Origin: Sphingobacteriales bacterium 50-39
Lineage (GTDB): Bacteria > Bacteroidota > Bacteroidia > Chitinophagales > Chitinophagaceae
Length of the DNA stretch: 64,000 bases
Assembly: GCA_001898505.1 (NCBI GenBank)
Contig: MKTZ01000021.1
Coordinates: forward strand, 39,151-103,150
Direction: 5' to 3'
The position numbers and the translations under genes are program-made. Of this stretch, positions 10,911 to 20,190 are shown piece by piece. How positions within the stretch are numbered: position 1 is the first letter of the stretch; each line of letters starts with the position of its first letter. Below the pieces are notes generated by a model. That model saw only the letters and a program-made list of their open reading frames with translations. It made no database searches and was not told where the DNA came from.

Positions 10911-13124
10911 ATGTACTACCGTGTGATGATCTTTTTGCTGGTGCTTTTTTTTGCTTCCTGCAAGGGAAAGCCGTTGCCCAACCAGGAGATGATCGATCTT
11001 TTAAAGGAGTCTGCGAAGGCTGATCATAACCATGAGAATGTTTTTTCGCCGGAGGCCAAGATCGAGTATTGCGATTCCATTTTGAATACGGATCCGGGGG
11101 AAGATGTCCGGGTAAAGACGCTGGAGAAGAAAGCGAATGCGTTATTGCAATTGGGAGAGGAACAAAAGGCGATAGAGATCTATCAGGGCCTGCTTGACAA
11201 AATATCGCTGGGCAATCTGGAGCAACGGCAGGTGATCATGAAGGGTATGGCCAATGCTTATTTAAGATGGGGCGACAGGACGAATTGTATTCATAATCAT
11301 ACTGCGGAGTCGTGTATTTTTCCTATCGCGGGGGGTGGTGTATATCGTGATAAGACGGGGGCTCAGAAGGCCATCGAGCTGTATAAGAGCCTATTGGCAG
11401 ATGACCCCAATGATCTGGAATCGCGATGGCTGCTGAATGTTGCCTATATGGTCACGGGTGGGTATCCATCGGAGGTGCCACCACAACTTCTTTTGAAGGT
11501 AAAGGATGATGACAGTCTGCATATGGTGAAACCATTCAGGGATGTGGCGGCCAATGTGGGGCTGAATTATAAGTGTATTGCCGGTGGCAGCATTGTCGAC
11601 GACATGAATAACGACGGCTATCCGGATATCGTTTTAAGCAGCTGGTCTTTGACGGAGCCTATGCGGTACTATCGGAACAATGCAGATGGGACGTTTACGG
11701 ATGTATCGGACTCGTCGGGTCTGGGCTATCTCACCGGGGGGCTGCACATCATGCAAACGGATTATAACAATGACGGCTTCAAGGATATATTCGTATTGCG
11801 GGGTGGGTGGAAAGGCAAGTTTGGAAAGAACCCGAATTCTCTGTTGCGGAACAATGGGGATGGTACTTTTACGGATGTGACTGCGGCCAGCGGGCTGTTA
11901 TCCTTTCATCCTTCCCAGACGGCCACCTGGGCGGACTTCAACAACGACGGCTGGCTGGATCTGTTCATCGGGAATGAGACTACTCCCGGCGATGAGCAGC
12001 ATCCCTGTCAATTGTTTATCAATAACAAGAATGGGACGTTTACGGAAATGGCGGCCCGTGCCGGCTGTGCGATAATAAAGTTTGTGAAGGGGGTGACTTC
12101 GGGTGATTATGACAACGACGGCCGAACGGATATTTTTCTTTCTACGCTGAACGGGGATAAGATATTATTAAAGAATGTCACTGGCAAGGATGGCGGGGTT
12201 AGGTTTGAAGATGTGAGCAAACAAGCGGGCTTGACGGGTAACCTGACGCGCACTTTCCCTACCTGGTTTTGGGATTATGACAATGACGGCTGGCTGGATA
12301 TCCTTGTTTGCGGATATGAGTTTACGCAATCGCTGTCCTATTATGCGGCGGCAGAAGCAATACAGCTGCCGGTGGGCAATGCAGGCAAGGTGTTTTTGTT
12401 CAGGAACAAGCATGATGGGACGTTTGAAGAGGTAACGGCTGCGGTGGGGTTGAATAAGATAGCTTTTGCCATGGGGTCGAATTTTGGAGATATCGACAAT
12501 GATGGTTATCTGGACTTTTTCCTGGGGACGGGTAATCCGCAGCTTTCGTCGGCTGTTCCCAACAAGTTGTTCAAGAACATCGGCGGTGTCCGATTTTTGG
12601 ATGCCACTACTTCTGCACGGGTGGGTAATTTGCAGAAGGGTCATGGTGTCTCTTTTGCCGACCTCGACAACGATGGGAACGAAGATATCTATATCAAGAT
12701 GGGGGGAGCCTATACGGGGGATGCATTTGAAAATTCGTTCTTTCTGAACCCCGGGGAAAATAACAATCATTGGGTGAACCTGGTGCTGCAAGGGACTGTA
12801 TCCAACCGGGCGGCTATCGGGGCGAGAATAAAAGTGACATTTAAAGAGAACGGTGTGGAGCGGTCTGTTTTCAGGGATGTGAATTCGGGCGGGAGCTTTG
12901 GTTCCAATCCATTACGTCAGCATATAGGTATTGGGCAGGCGGGCTCTATCGAGGAGGTTGCTATAACATGGCCGGTGACGGGGCGGGTGCAGGTATTTCG
13001 CGGTGTTCCCATCGAGACCAATATTAAAATAACGGAGGGGGATAGTACTTTCAGTACGTACAAGCTGGCCCGGCTGGATTTTCGCAGGCCGGGGAAGGGG
13101 TTGATAAGCTGTGCGGTGAAGTAG
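10911..13124 (+). CDS. TPR plus FG-GAP/ASPIC-UnbV (CRTAC1 family) lipoprotein
   Basis: 737 aa. Lipoprotein signal (FFASCKG). N-terminal TPR-like helices followed by repeated D-x-N/D-N-DG-x-D motifs. Paralog-like to the preceding gene. Confidence 0.8.
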   Translation: MYYRVMIFLLVLFFASCKGKPLPNQEMIDLLKESAKADHNHENVFSPEAKIEYCDSILNTDPGEDVRVKTLEKKANALLQLGEEQKAIEIYQGLLDKISLGNLEQRQVIMKGMANAYLRWGDRTNCIHNHTAESCIFPIAGGGVYRDKTGAQKAIELYKSLLADDPNDLESRWLLNVAYMVTGGYPSEVPPQLLLKVKDDDSLHMVKPFRDVAANVGLNYKCIAGGSIVDDMNNDGYPDIVLSSWSLTEPMRYYRNNADGTFTDVSDSSGLGYLTGGLHIMQTDYNNDGFKDIFVLRGGWKGKFGKNPNSLLRNNGDGTFTDVTAASGLLSFHPSQTATWADFNNDGWLDLFIGNETTPGDEQHPCQLFINNKNGTFTEMAARAGCAIIKFVKGVTSGDYDNDGRTDIFLSTLNGDKILLKNVTGKDGGVRFEDVSKQAGLTGNLTRTFPTWFWDYDNDGWLDILVCGYEFTQSLSYYAAAEAIQLPVGNAGKVFLFRNKHDGTFEEVTAAVGLNKIAFAMGSNFGDIDNDGYLDFFLGTGNPQLSSAVPNKLFKNIGGVRFLDATTSARVGNLQKGHGVSFADLDNDGNEDIYIKMGGAYTGDAFENSFFLNPGENNNHWVNLVLQGTVSNRAAIGARIKVTFKENGVERSVFRDVNSGGSFGSNPLRQHIGIGQAGSIEEVAITWPVTGRVQVFRGVPIETNIKITEGDSTFSTYKLARLDFRRPGKGLISCAVK

Positions 13125-13142
13125 GGAGGTGCCGGGGACGGG

Positions 13143-13679
13143 TCACTCGAGATACTTCTCCTTTAGGATATTCAGATGATGCAGCTCATGTCCTGCCATA
13201 TGGTATAGCAGTGCCCGCGTGCTGTAAACATAATTATTGGCCGTTCCTTTTCTTAGCAGGTCTTCTTCCGAGAAGGATCTGTACAGGGAGAGTGTAGCCT
13301 TGCGGACCGTTTCGTATTCCTTCAAGATTGACTTGACGGTGCGGTCATTGGCTTTCGAGTAGGGAACGTAGTCTTTCTCTTCAAATCCCGGCAGGGGAGT
13401 AGTATCGCCACGGCCGATCCTGAGCGCACGGTAGGCATAGATCCGTTCGTCATCGATGATATGAACCAGCACTTCTTTTATTGTCCACTTGCCTGGTGCG
13501 TAGACATAGTCCCACTTGTTGGCGGGGATGCTGTTGACAAACTCCTCCGTCTTTTTTATCTGGTCCTTTAGATGCTCCAATATCCTTCCGTCATCGGCCG
13601 GCAATTTTATATACATGGCGGCGTAGTCGGGGAATTCTTCGGGCTGGGGCTTGGGAATATGTAAATTCTTTTTACTCAT
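13143..13679 (-). CDS. DinB/YfiT-like (DinB_2) family protein
   Basis: 178 aa with four-helix-bundle pattern and conserved His residues (HIIDDE...HELHH). Confidence 0.7.
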   Translation of the reverse strand: MSKKNLHIPKPQPEEFPDYAAMYIKLPADDGRILEHLKDQIKKTEEFVNSIPANKWDYVYAPGKWTIKEVLVHIIDDERIYAYRALRIGRGDTTPLPGFEEKDYVPYSKANDRTVKSILKEYETVRKATLSLYRSFSEEDLLRKGTANNYVYSTRALLYHMAGHELHHLNILKEKYLE

Positions 13680-13914
13680 GATGGCAAAAATATCTTTCTC
13701 AATTTACTATTATTTGTCAAATCTCCGATCGGCAGCCCAGATCGTGCCAAGGTGTGTTGTCTTGTAATCAACGGCACGGAACACGATCAGTCGTTAGCGG
13801 ATATCCGCCGTTGGGTAACTGGATGCTACACATCGGAAAGAACTCACTCGAATGGCTTGACGGGCAATAGCGGAAAGATATCTTTGTGATATTGTAACAC
13901 AAAACCAATATTTT

Positions 13915-15165
13915 ATGAGATCCATGATCTTTTTGGCGGCAGCCTGTTCCCTAGTGCTGTTGTCAGCCTGTAAGTCCGACACTGTAGCTCCTACTCATGC
14001 ACCTGTTATCACCAGCTTCACCCCCGACAGCGGAGTCATCGGAACGAACATCACGCTCAAGGGCGCTAACTTTTCCAGCGACATAGCCGGCAACGTTGTA
14101 CAGTTCAACGGAGTAACTGCTTCCATCACGGCTGCTTCGGCCACACAGCTTACTGTCATAGTTCCGCCCAATGCCGGTACGGGTAAGATCAAAGTGACAG
14201 TGGCGGCTCTCTCGGGCAGCTCTGCCACCGACTTTAAGGTGGTCGCTCCTCCGCCGGTGGTTACATCCTTCACTCCCGTCCTGGGTCTGCCTGGCGATAC
14301 GATAACGATCACGGGCACGGGATTTTCCACCGTCATGGGTCAGAATACGGTGAACTTTTCCAATAATGCCGCCGCGACCGTGATATCGGCCGCCACTACA
14401 CAACTGAAGGTTTTAGTTCCCCCCGGCGCTGTCACAGGCTATCTTTCCGTCACAGTCGGCGGCCCCGCTGCTACCAGTTCAGCGACCCTGGAAATATTGA
14501 AAGATATACCCCGCGATAGTCTTACTGCATTTTACCCTTTCGATGCCAACGGCAAGGACTGGAGCGGTCATGGATTCGACCTTCCCTCCAGTATAAATGT
14601 TACGTCGACCACAGATCGTTTCGGCCTGACCGGAAAGGCATATGCTTTTGCCGGTGGCAACAGCCAGTGGTATACTACAAACAATACCTATGCATCGGTG
14701 GCGCAGCCGCTGACGATAGGAGCCTGGATAAAATACGACTCCCTGATCAGTTCCGAAATTGTAGGCAAATATTCGCTGAGCCCCGGCGGTTATATATTCG
14801 GAGTTGGGGGCGCCGGCGCTGCCGGGGGCACCATCTACCTTACCATCAATGGAGGTGTCTATAATCAGACCTCCAGCTTTGTCCTGCCATCCAAAACGAA
14901 CGGTCAGTGGATCTTTATCGCAGCGACCTACGATGGTAGCACCATCAAATTCTACAAGAACGGATCGCCGGCCGGCAGTGTTGCCGCAACGGGGGCTATT
15001 ACGGCCACCACCAACAGCAATATGCGCATCGGTCTGGACGGTTACGGCGGGACGACTGGTCCCCAGGCCTTTCTTTGCTCCATCGACGATGTGACTATAT
15101 ATAAGCGGGTATTGAGCGATGCGGAGGTTCAGCAGCTGTATACCGCCACGGTGTCAAAGAAATGA
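13915..15165 (+). CDS. IPT/TIG-repeat lipoprotein with C-terminal LamG/concanavalin-like domain
   Basis: Lipoprotein signal (LLSACKS). Three to four ~85-aa repeats (PVITSFTPDSG..., PPVVTSFTPVLG...) typical of IPT/TIG. The C-terminal ~200 aa have a jelly-roll-like composition. Confidence 0.65.
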   Translation: MRSMIFLAAACSLVLLSACKSDTVAPTHAPVITSFTPDSGVIGTNITLKGANFSSDIAGNVVQFNGVTASITAASATQLTVIVPPNAGTGKIKVTVAALSGSSATDFKVVAPPPVVTSFTPVLGLPGDTITITGTGFSTVMGQNTVNFSNNAAATVISAATTQLKVLVPPGAVTGYLSVTVGGPAATSSATLEILKDIPRDSLTAFYPFDANGKDWSGHGFDLPSSINVTSTTDRFGLTGKAYAFAGGNSQWYTTNNTYASVAQPLTIGAWIKYDSLISSEIVGKYSLSPGGYIFGVGGAGAAGGTIYLTINGGVYNQTSSFVLPSKTNGQWIFIAATYDGSTIKFYKNGSPAGSVAATGAITATTNSNMRIGLDGYGGTTGPQAFLCSIDDVTIYKRVLSDAEVQQLYTATVSKK

Positions 15166-15247
15166 TAAGATGAATTGACCCACTCTTCTATAGAAGCCTT
15201 CGGTGAGATCGTCCAGGTCATAGCCGAGGGCTTCACATATTATAATA

Positions 15248-15601
15248 TTAATCGGCGTGTTGAATAAATGTATTGACCTTTGTGGTGAAGTCGCTGATCA
15301 GATTCGCGGGCTGGTCCCCGATGATTGTTAGCTGGTATCCTCTGTTCAATAAAGACGGTTTGTTTGGGAGCGGGCCTATGGCGCGGTGATGGACTACGGC
15401 GAAGAGTTTGTCGTTCTTACATACCAATAGGAGCCGCAAAATGCCTGTCGGGCCGTATACATAAGATTCATCCAGTTGGAAAGCTTTGTATCCTCCTATC
15501 GAGGTTGTGTCGAACTGAAATCCTTTCAGAAAGTCATGCAGCTGGACTGTTGTCGGGGGCGCGCCCTCTTGGACGAGGCGGTGAAGGATATATTCCGGCA
15601 T
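15248..15601 (-). CDS. hypothetical protein
   Basis: 118 aa counted from the internal Met (MPEYILHRL...). Its start region overlaps the oppositely oriented ORF at 15600-15992, so it is uncertain which of the two is real. Confidence 0.3.
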   Translation of the reverse strand: MPEYILHRLVQEGAPPTTVQLHDFLKGFQFDTTSIGGYKAFQLDESYVYGPTGILRLLLVCKNDKLFAVVHHRAIGPLPNKPSLLNRGYQLTIIGDQPANLISDFTTKVNTFIQHAD

Positions 15602-15671
15602 GGTCTGTGGCTTGATATTTTGTATAGACGTATATCCCCTCAGACCCGGACAGGAGGACACAACCGAGCCC

Positions 15672-15992
15672 GTGCACAAGGTCAAGATCAGCCTGATCGA
15701 CAAGTTCTTTGTTCCGGCGGCCTCCAAAGCGGAATTCTATGAGCGGATGCATTTCAACCGGGAGTTCCTTAAAAAATTACCCCGTCTGATCCGCCAGGAT
15801 GCGTATGAATATACGGATCACGACGGGAACCTCATCTGTGTCACTATTGCCGAATGGGAGAGCAAAGAAGCCATCGACCAAGCCAGGGAATCTGTACAGG
15901 CGGAGTATAAAAGAGAAGGGGTCGACTTGCCAGGAATACTTAAAAGACTGAACATTACTATCGATAGAGGCATTTACAATGCAATACGCTAA
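15672..15992 (+). CDS. small alpha+beta protein, possibly ABM/Dabb-like (function unknown)
   Basis: ORF open from 15600; a plausible GTG start at 15672 gives VHKVKISLIDKFFVPA... The call rests on secondary-structure-like pattern only. Confidence 0.3.
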   Translation: MHKVKISLIDKFFVPAASKAEFYERMHFNREFLKKLPRLIRQDAYEYTDHDGNLICVTIAEWESKEAIDQARESVQAEYKREGVDLPGILKRLNITIDRGIYNAIR

Positions 15993-16171
15993 TGATTGTC
16001 CTGGCGGACAAACCGCTGCCAGCGATTAAAGGGCGGAGGTTAATGCGCAGTAAACGACCGCCTGTCGTAAAACAGACCTTTGTTTGTCGTTTTACCATAG
16101 CTTTGAAGAAGAATGTCCGACGTATGTTTGCATTATCAAATCAAACAACAAAAACTATTAAAACTAAAGTT

Positions 16172-16597
16172 ATGGAAACGGCAACTAAGACCAAGATCAC
16201 GATCCAGGCAAGTATCAAGGCTCCTGTAGAAAAAGTGTGGAACCTTTGGACATCCACGGCTGATATTGTAAAGTGGAGCACTCCTTCTCCGGACTGGCAT
16301 ACTGTTCGCGCCACACACGATCTGAAGGAAGGCGGGAACTTCAACTACCGCATGGAAGCGAAAGATGGAAGCTTTGGCTTCGACTTTGGCGGAGTATTCG
16401 ACGTCCTCAAAAAGAACGAGCTCATCGAATATACCATCGGGGATGGCAGAAAGGTGGTGATCCACTTCACTACCAAAGGAGATATCACTGAAGTCGTGCA
16501 GACCTTTGAAGCTGAAAGTGAGAACCCTGTCGAAATGCAGCGGGCCGGATGGCAGGCCATCCTGGATAGTTTTAAGAACTATGCAGAAAATCAATAG
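16172..16597 (+). CDS. SRPBCC superfamily protein (AHSA1 / activator-of-Hsp90-ATPase-like)
   Basis: 141 aa from METATKTKITIQASIKAPVEKVWNLWT... matches the AHSA1/SRPBCC N-terminal signature. The ORF is open from 15992 but upstream residues are not protein-like. Confidence 0.7.
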   Translation: METATKTKITIQASIKAPVEKVWNLWTSTADIVKWSTPSPDWHTVRATHDLKEGGNFNYRMEAKDGSFGFDFGGVFDVLKKNELIEYTIGDGRKVVIHFTTKGDITEVVQTFEAESENPVEMQRAGWQAILDSFKNYAENQ

Positions 16598-16687
16598 CAG
16601 TATCAGGAGCAAATTCCATGAAGACTGCCGGGTACGACTCGTACCCGGCAGCGGGGCGGCCGTCTTCCACAGGTGAAGACGGTCGTG

Positions 16688-17161
16688 TTATTTCTCGCTA
16701 AAGCTTGCGGATAGCTTGGCGCTGGCTGAGTTGTCCCCAGTTCTTACCACTAATCCCTGTGCATTAATGGTCAGTTTGCCATTGTTGACGGAGACGGTCA
16801 CTGTGCCGGTGCCGTTGGAATAGTAAGACTTGCTTGTGCCCATACCATCGGTCAATGTTGTAACCACCCCCACTTCATTTGGACCAACTGGTAGCGGGAG
16901 CTGTACCGCGGGATAGTTCCCTGCGGTGGGAGGCGTCGTGCCATTGAACCAAAAGACGACGGAGCTGGTAACACTCCCATTGACCGAGGAAGCGGTAAGG
17001 TTGAACTGCCCGGAACCGGAGCGGACTACCGATGTCACCAGATAGCTGGCGGCGTCGACGGTAAAGGTTTGAGTAGTGCCAGTGTTATCATTGTTACTTT
17101 TCTTACAGGATGCTGCCAGGAGCATGACTGTCACTGCCGACCATAAGACTGTGTTTTTCAT
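16688..17161 (-). CDS. hypothetical lipoprotein
   Basis: Signal peptide with lipobox (LLAASCKK). Ser/Thr/Gly-rich beta-type sequence. Confidence 0.55.
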   Translation of the reverse strand: MKNTVLWSAVTVMLLAASCKKSNNDNTGTTQTFTVDAASYLVTSVVRSGSGQFNLTASSVNGSVTSSVVFWFNGTTPPTAGNYPAVQLPLPVGPNEVGVVTTLTDGMGTSKSYYSNGTGTVTVSVNNGKLTINAQGLVVRTGDNSASAKLSASFSEK

Positions 17162-17225
17162 TTGGAGATTTTAGAACAATAATGGCAAATCCCCTGAAGA
17201 TAAAATAGTAAAAAATCGCAAACTG

Positions 17226-18056
17226 TCAGGAACGCACAACGATCTCTTCTTTTGGAGCGGGCAATTGCCGGAGGAATATATTGGGAGTGGAACCTGCAAA
17301 GGTCTTGAAGTCCTTTATAAAATGCATTTGATCATAATATCCGCAGGTATGTGCGATAGTGGTCCATTTTTTCTCTGGCATGGCTATTTTCAGCGCAAGG
17401 GCGTGGTTAAACCGGAGGATGCGGGAATATAATTTAGGGGTCAGACCCACCTGTTCCGTAAATTTCTGTTCAAAGCTGCGCAGGCTCATATTTGCCTGTT
17501 CTGCCAGCCATTCGATGTCTATGGGCGCCTTTGCGTCGGAGATATGATGCAGCACCTTATCGATCCGGAGATCGCCTGCCGTTTGATTCTTAAACAGGGC
17601 ATCCAAAAAGAAACTGTCGGCCAATTCCTTTAGTTCCTGATAGCTTCCTGCTGCCTGGAATTGCTCCTGCAATTGTCCCATCCGGGAGCCCAATACGGCA
17701 TCCCCTTCCAATAATTCATCCGTGATCTCCCGGGCAGGCAGTCCGAAGATCCGATGGAACCCGCCGCCTTTGAACTCGATGCCCAGTAGCTGATATCTTC
17801 CGCTAAAGGCGAGGTGTCCTATATAGCCGGATTGCATTCCCAGCAATTGCCTTTCCCGGACATTCACGGGTGTTATCTTATCCCCGGTGACGAGGTGTAC
17901 CGGAGCCGCGCTTAACCAGAAAGAAAGGAACATGCCGGGAACAGCCGGGATCGCCTTCCGCATCTCTTCTCCCTTTGTATCGAATTGCCGGAGGTTATAA
18001 CAGCGGATATAGTCTTGCAAAGGCGGGGCGGGGACAAGCTCAAGTGTTTGTACCAT
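17226..18056 (-). CDS. AraC family transcriptional regulator
   Basis: C-terminal dual HTH (SLRSFEQKFTEQVGLTPKLYSRILRFNHAL). Start is likely MVQTLELV at 18056; the ORF is open to 18122. Confidence 0.8.
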   Translation of the reverse strand: MVQTLELVPAPPLQDYIRCYNLRQFDTKGEEMRKAIPAVPGMFLSFWLSAAPVHLVTGDKITPVNVRERQLLGMQSGYIGHLAFSGRYQLLGIEFKGGGFHRIFGLPAREITDELLEGDAVLGSRMGQLQEQFQAAGSYQELKELADSFFLDALFKNQTAGDLRIDKVLHHISDAKAPIDIEWLAEQANMSLRSFEQKFTEQVGLTPKLYSRILRFNHALALKIAMPEKKWTTIAHTCGYYDQMHFIKDFKTFAGSTPNIFLRQLPAPKEEIVVRS

Positions 18057-18123
18057 ATTTTCTGCTAAACGCACCCGGGATATATATATTGTTGACCGTA
18101 TTCTTCGGCCAGGGATAAACATT

Positions 18124-18795
18124 TTAAAGACTATTTTTCTTGTACTCCTCTATCTCTTCCAGGTATTTTATCGCACGGATCACCGAAGTCCAATCCTTAC
18201 CGCTGAAGAGCAGTTTGAACCAGCGCTTGTCGGCATTGCGGATGTCGATGTTCCGATACAACCAGATGGAAGCGGCTGTCAGCAGCAGGGTAACGGGAAA
18301 TGCTATGTACCAGAATTTGGGGTCATGGCTCATCCATTGCCAGTTCCAAAAGAAGGTACTGTAAAAGGGTGTCTGGAGAAATAATATGCGGGTGCTGTTC
18401 AGTGTCGATGCCTTCAGTGTGGCTGTTTTTTTCTGGACCTCCACCAGGCTTTCGCTATTGTCGATCTCGTCGATCAACACTATATGCCAGATATAGGCCA
18501 GGACGGAGTAGATGCTGAATCCCAAAACAGCTGCGACGGACAGTGCAAAAAATACTTTCGATAGGGCTATGGAATTGGCCAAAAGAAATATGAGGAATGC
18601 TACCCACAAAATGCCTATCACGATCATTCCCTTCTTGCAATTGCCCAGACTTCTCAGCCTGGATTTGGCTTTCTCTGTCTTTAGGAGCTCAAGGGTCTGC
18701 AGATGTAATACCCAGGATTGCAGGTTCAGAATATTGGCTCTTTCCAATGTCTGATCGTATTGTTTCCAAAGTTTAGTTAACTCCATGTCGTCCAT
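18124..18795 (-). CDS. hypothetical membrane protein downstream of an ECF sigma factor (possible anti-sigma-like partner)
   Basis: Three to four predicted TM helices (IVIGILWVAFLIFLL, VAAVLGFSIYSVLAYIW, IAFPVTLLLTAASIWL). Start MDDMELTK at 18795. Sits immediately 3' of the sigma factor gene on the same strand. Confidence 0.55.
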   Translation of the reverse strand: MDDMELTKLWKQYDQTLERANILNLQSWVLHLQTLELLKTEKAKSRLRSLGNCKKGMIVIGILWVAFLIFLLANSIALSKVFFALSVAAVLGFSIYSVLAYIWHIVLIDEIDNSESLVEVQKKTATLKASTLNSTRILFLQTPFYSTFFWNWQWMSHDPKFWYIAFPVTLLLTAASIWLYRNIDIRNADKRWFKLLFSGKDWTSVIRAIKYLEEIEEYKKNSL

Positions 18796-18851
18796 ATTTT
18801 TAAATTTTATTAGTCGGGAGACTAAGTTTATTTGAAATTCAGTTGCATGCA

Positions 18852-19358
18852 CTAATTTTCTTTGAAACGCAATTGCACGCATTTTTTTAACTTCTCCTTG
18901 ATCCTGCTCAGCTTGGTCGCTACGTTGGTCTCGGAGAGGCCCATGATCTCAGCCATCTCCTGGTATGTTTTTTCCTCGAAATAAAGCAGGATCAATGCCC
19001 TGTCCAATTCATTCAGCCCTTGTATACAGTGCTGCAGCCCGGCAAGCCTTTCTGTCCCGATGGAATTGACAGCATCTTCAATGGTGAGATGCAGAGGGGA
19101 CAAGGGTAGGGTAGTCCGGCGTCTGTCGGCCCTGTAAAAAGAAATGGCGGTGTTCAGCGCCACTCTGTACATCCACGTGGAAAAACGGTATTCCTTATTA
19201 TAACGTTCGGCCGACCGCCACAACTGATAGATGATGTCTTGCGTAAGATCCTCTCTGTCAGCCCGGTCGGGACAATAAAGCTGGCATATCTTTAAAATGA
19301 TCCCTTTATTGGCCAGTATCAGCTGCAGGAAGTCTCGTTCTTTGTCAGTCGGGTGCAT
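18852..19358 (-). CDS. RNA polymerase ECF-type sigma-70 family factor
   Basis: 168 aa. Region 2 (DLTQDIIYQLWRS) and region 4 HTH (SETNVATKLSRIKEKL). Confidence 0.85.
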   Translation of the reverse strand: MHPTDKERDFLQLILANKGIILKICQLYCPDRADREDLTQDIIYQLWRSAERYNKEYRFSTWMYRVALNTAISFYRADRRRTTLPLSPLHLTIEDAVNSIGTERLAGLQHCIQGLNELDRALILLYFEEKTYQEMAEIMGLSETNVATKLSRIKEKLKKCVQLRFKEN

Positions 19359-19408
19359 TTATTATATGATTCGCAGGAAGGGCGGAATAATCACATGTCA
19401 TCAGGAAA

Positions 19409-20128
19409 TTATTTTTTATTGGGCGAGCCATCCGGGCTTGTCTGTTCCAATTCCAGGGTCCCAAAGGCAGACGGCGTATGAAAATCGGGGTGCTCGGTTT
19501 TGGGCCTTATCCAGCTGATCCAGCCGAGGTCGGCCCTCCCATTGATAAATCCTTTACATTCCGCGCGGAACAGGCCGGCCTGCAGGCGTCCGTCCATAAG
19601 CAGTCCAAGGTCTTTCAACGACTGGATGCTGATAGCAAACTGAAGGATATAGCCGTGCCGTGTCCGCGATGTTTTTATGATCAGCTGCCCGTCGGGCCAA
19701 TGCCAGGGGTAATTCATTTTCCGGTAGTAAAAGGCGTCATAATCGAGGACCCTGCCGTCCGCATCCATTTCCAGACAATAATAAGGGTTCATGCTATCAT
19801 CCTTTTTTAGAAATATCTCCACCCTGTCGGAGGCGCCTACTTCCATCTTATTATTATCCTTAACAAAGGTGATGACGGAGTCATCCGTTGCCCGGAAGAG
19901 ACCATAGAGCCAGTCCCCGTCACAAAGTGCGGCGAAAGAAGTTGCAGGAGCGGCGACGCTGTCCCAGGGATAGATAAAATCAGAGAGTAGTTCCGCCCGG
20001 GCCCAGATCTGTGTGGACCCCATGTCTCCCGCCTTTACAGACCCTTTGGGCACTTTTTTGACATGATAGATCTGTGCGGAAACGTGGAGCGCGCAGCAGA
20101 CAGACAAGATAAGGAGGAGGCGTCTCAT
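19409..20128 (-). CDS. secreted protein, possibly CBM9/DOMON-like carbohydrate-binding domain
   Basis: Signal peptide MRRLLLILSVCCALHVSAQ. Beta-rich sequence with aromatic clusters. Family assignment is tentative. Confidence 0.45.
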   Translation of the reverse strand: MRRLLLILSVCCALHVSAQIYHVKKVPKGSVKAGDMGSTQIWARAELLSDFIYPWDSVAAPATSFAALCDGDWLYGLFRATDDSVITFVKDNNKMEVGASDRVEIFLKKDDSMNPYYCLEMDADGRVLDYDAFYYRKMNYPWHWPDGQLIIKTSRTRHGYILQFAISIQSLKDLGLLMDGRLQAGLFRAECKGFINGRADLGWISWIRPKTEHPDFHTPSAFGTLELEQTSPDGSPNKK

Positions 20129-20190
20129 GATCTTTTTGGATAAAGATACGTCCCGGAATCGGTAACTTACGGCTCTAATACGACCTTACT

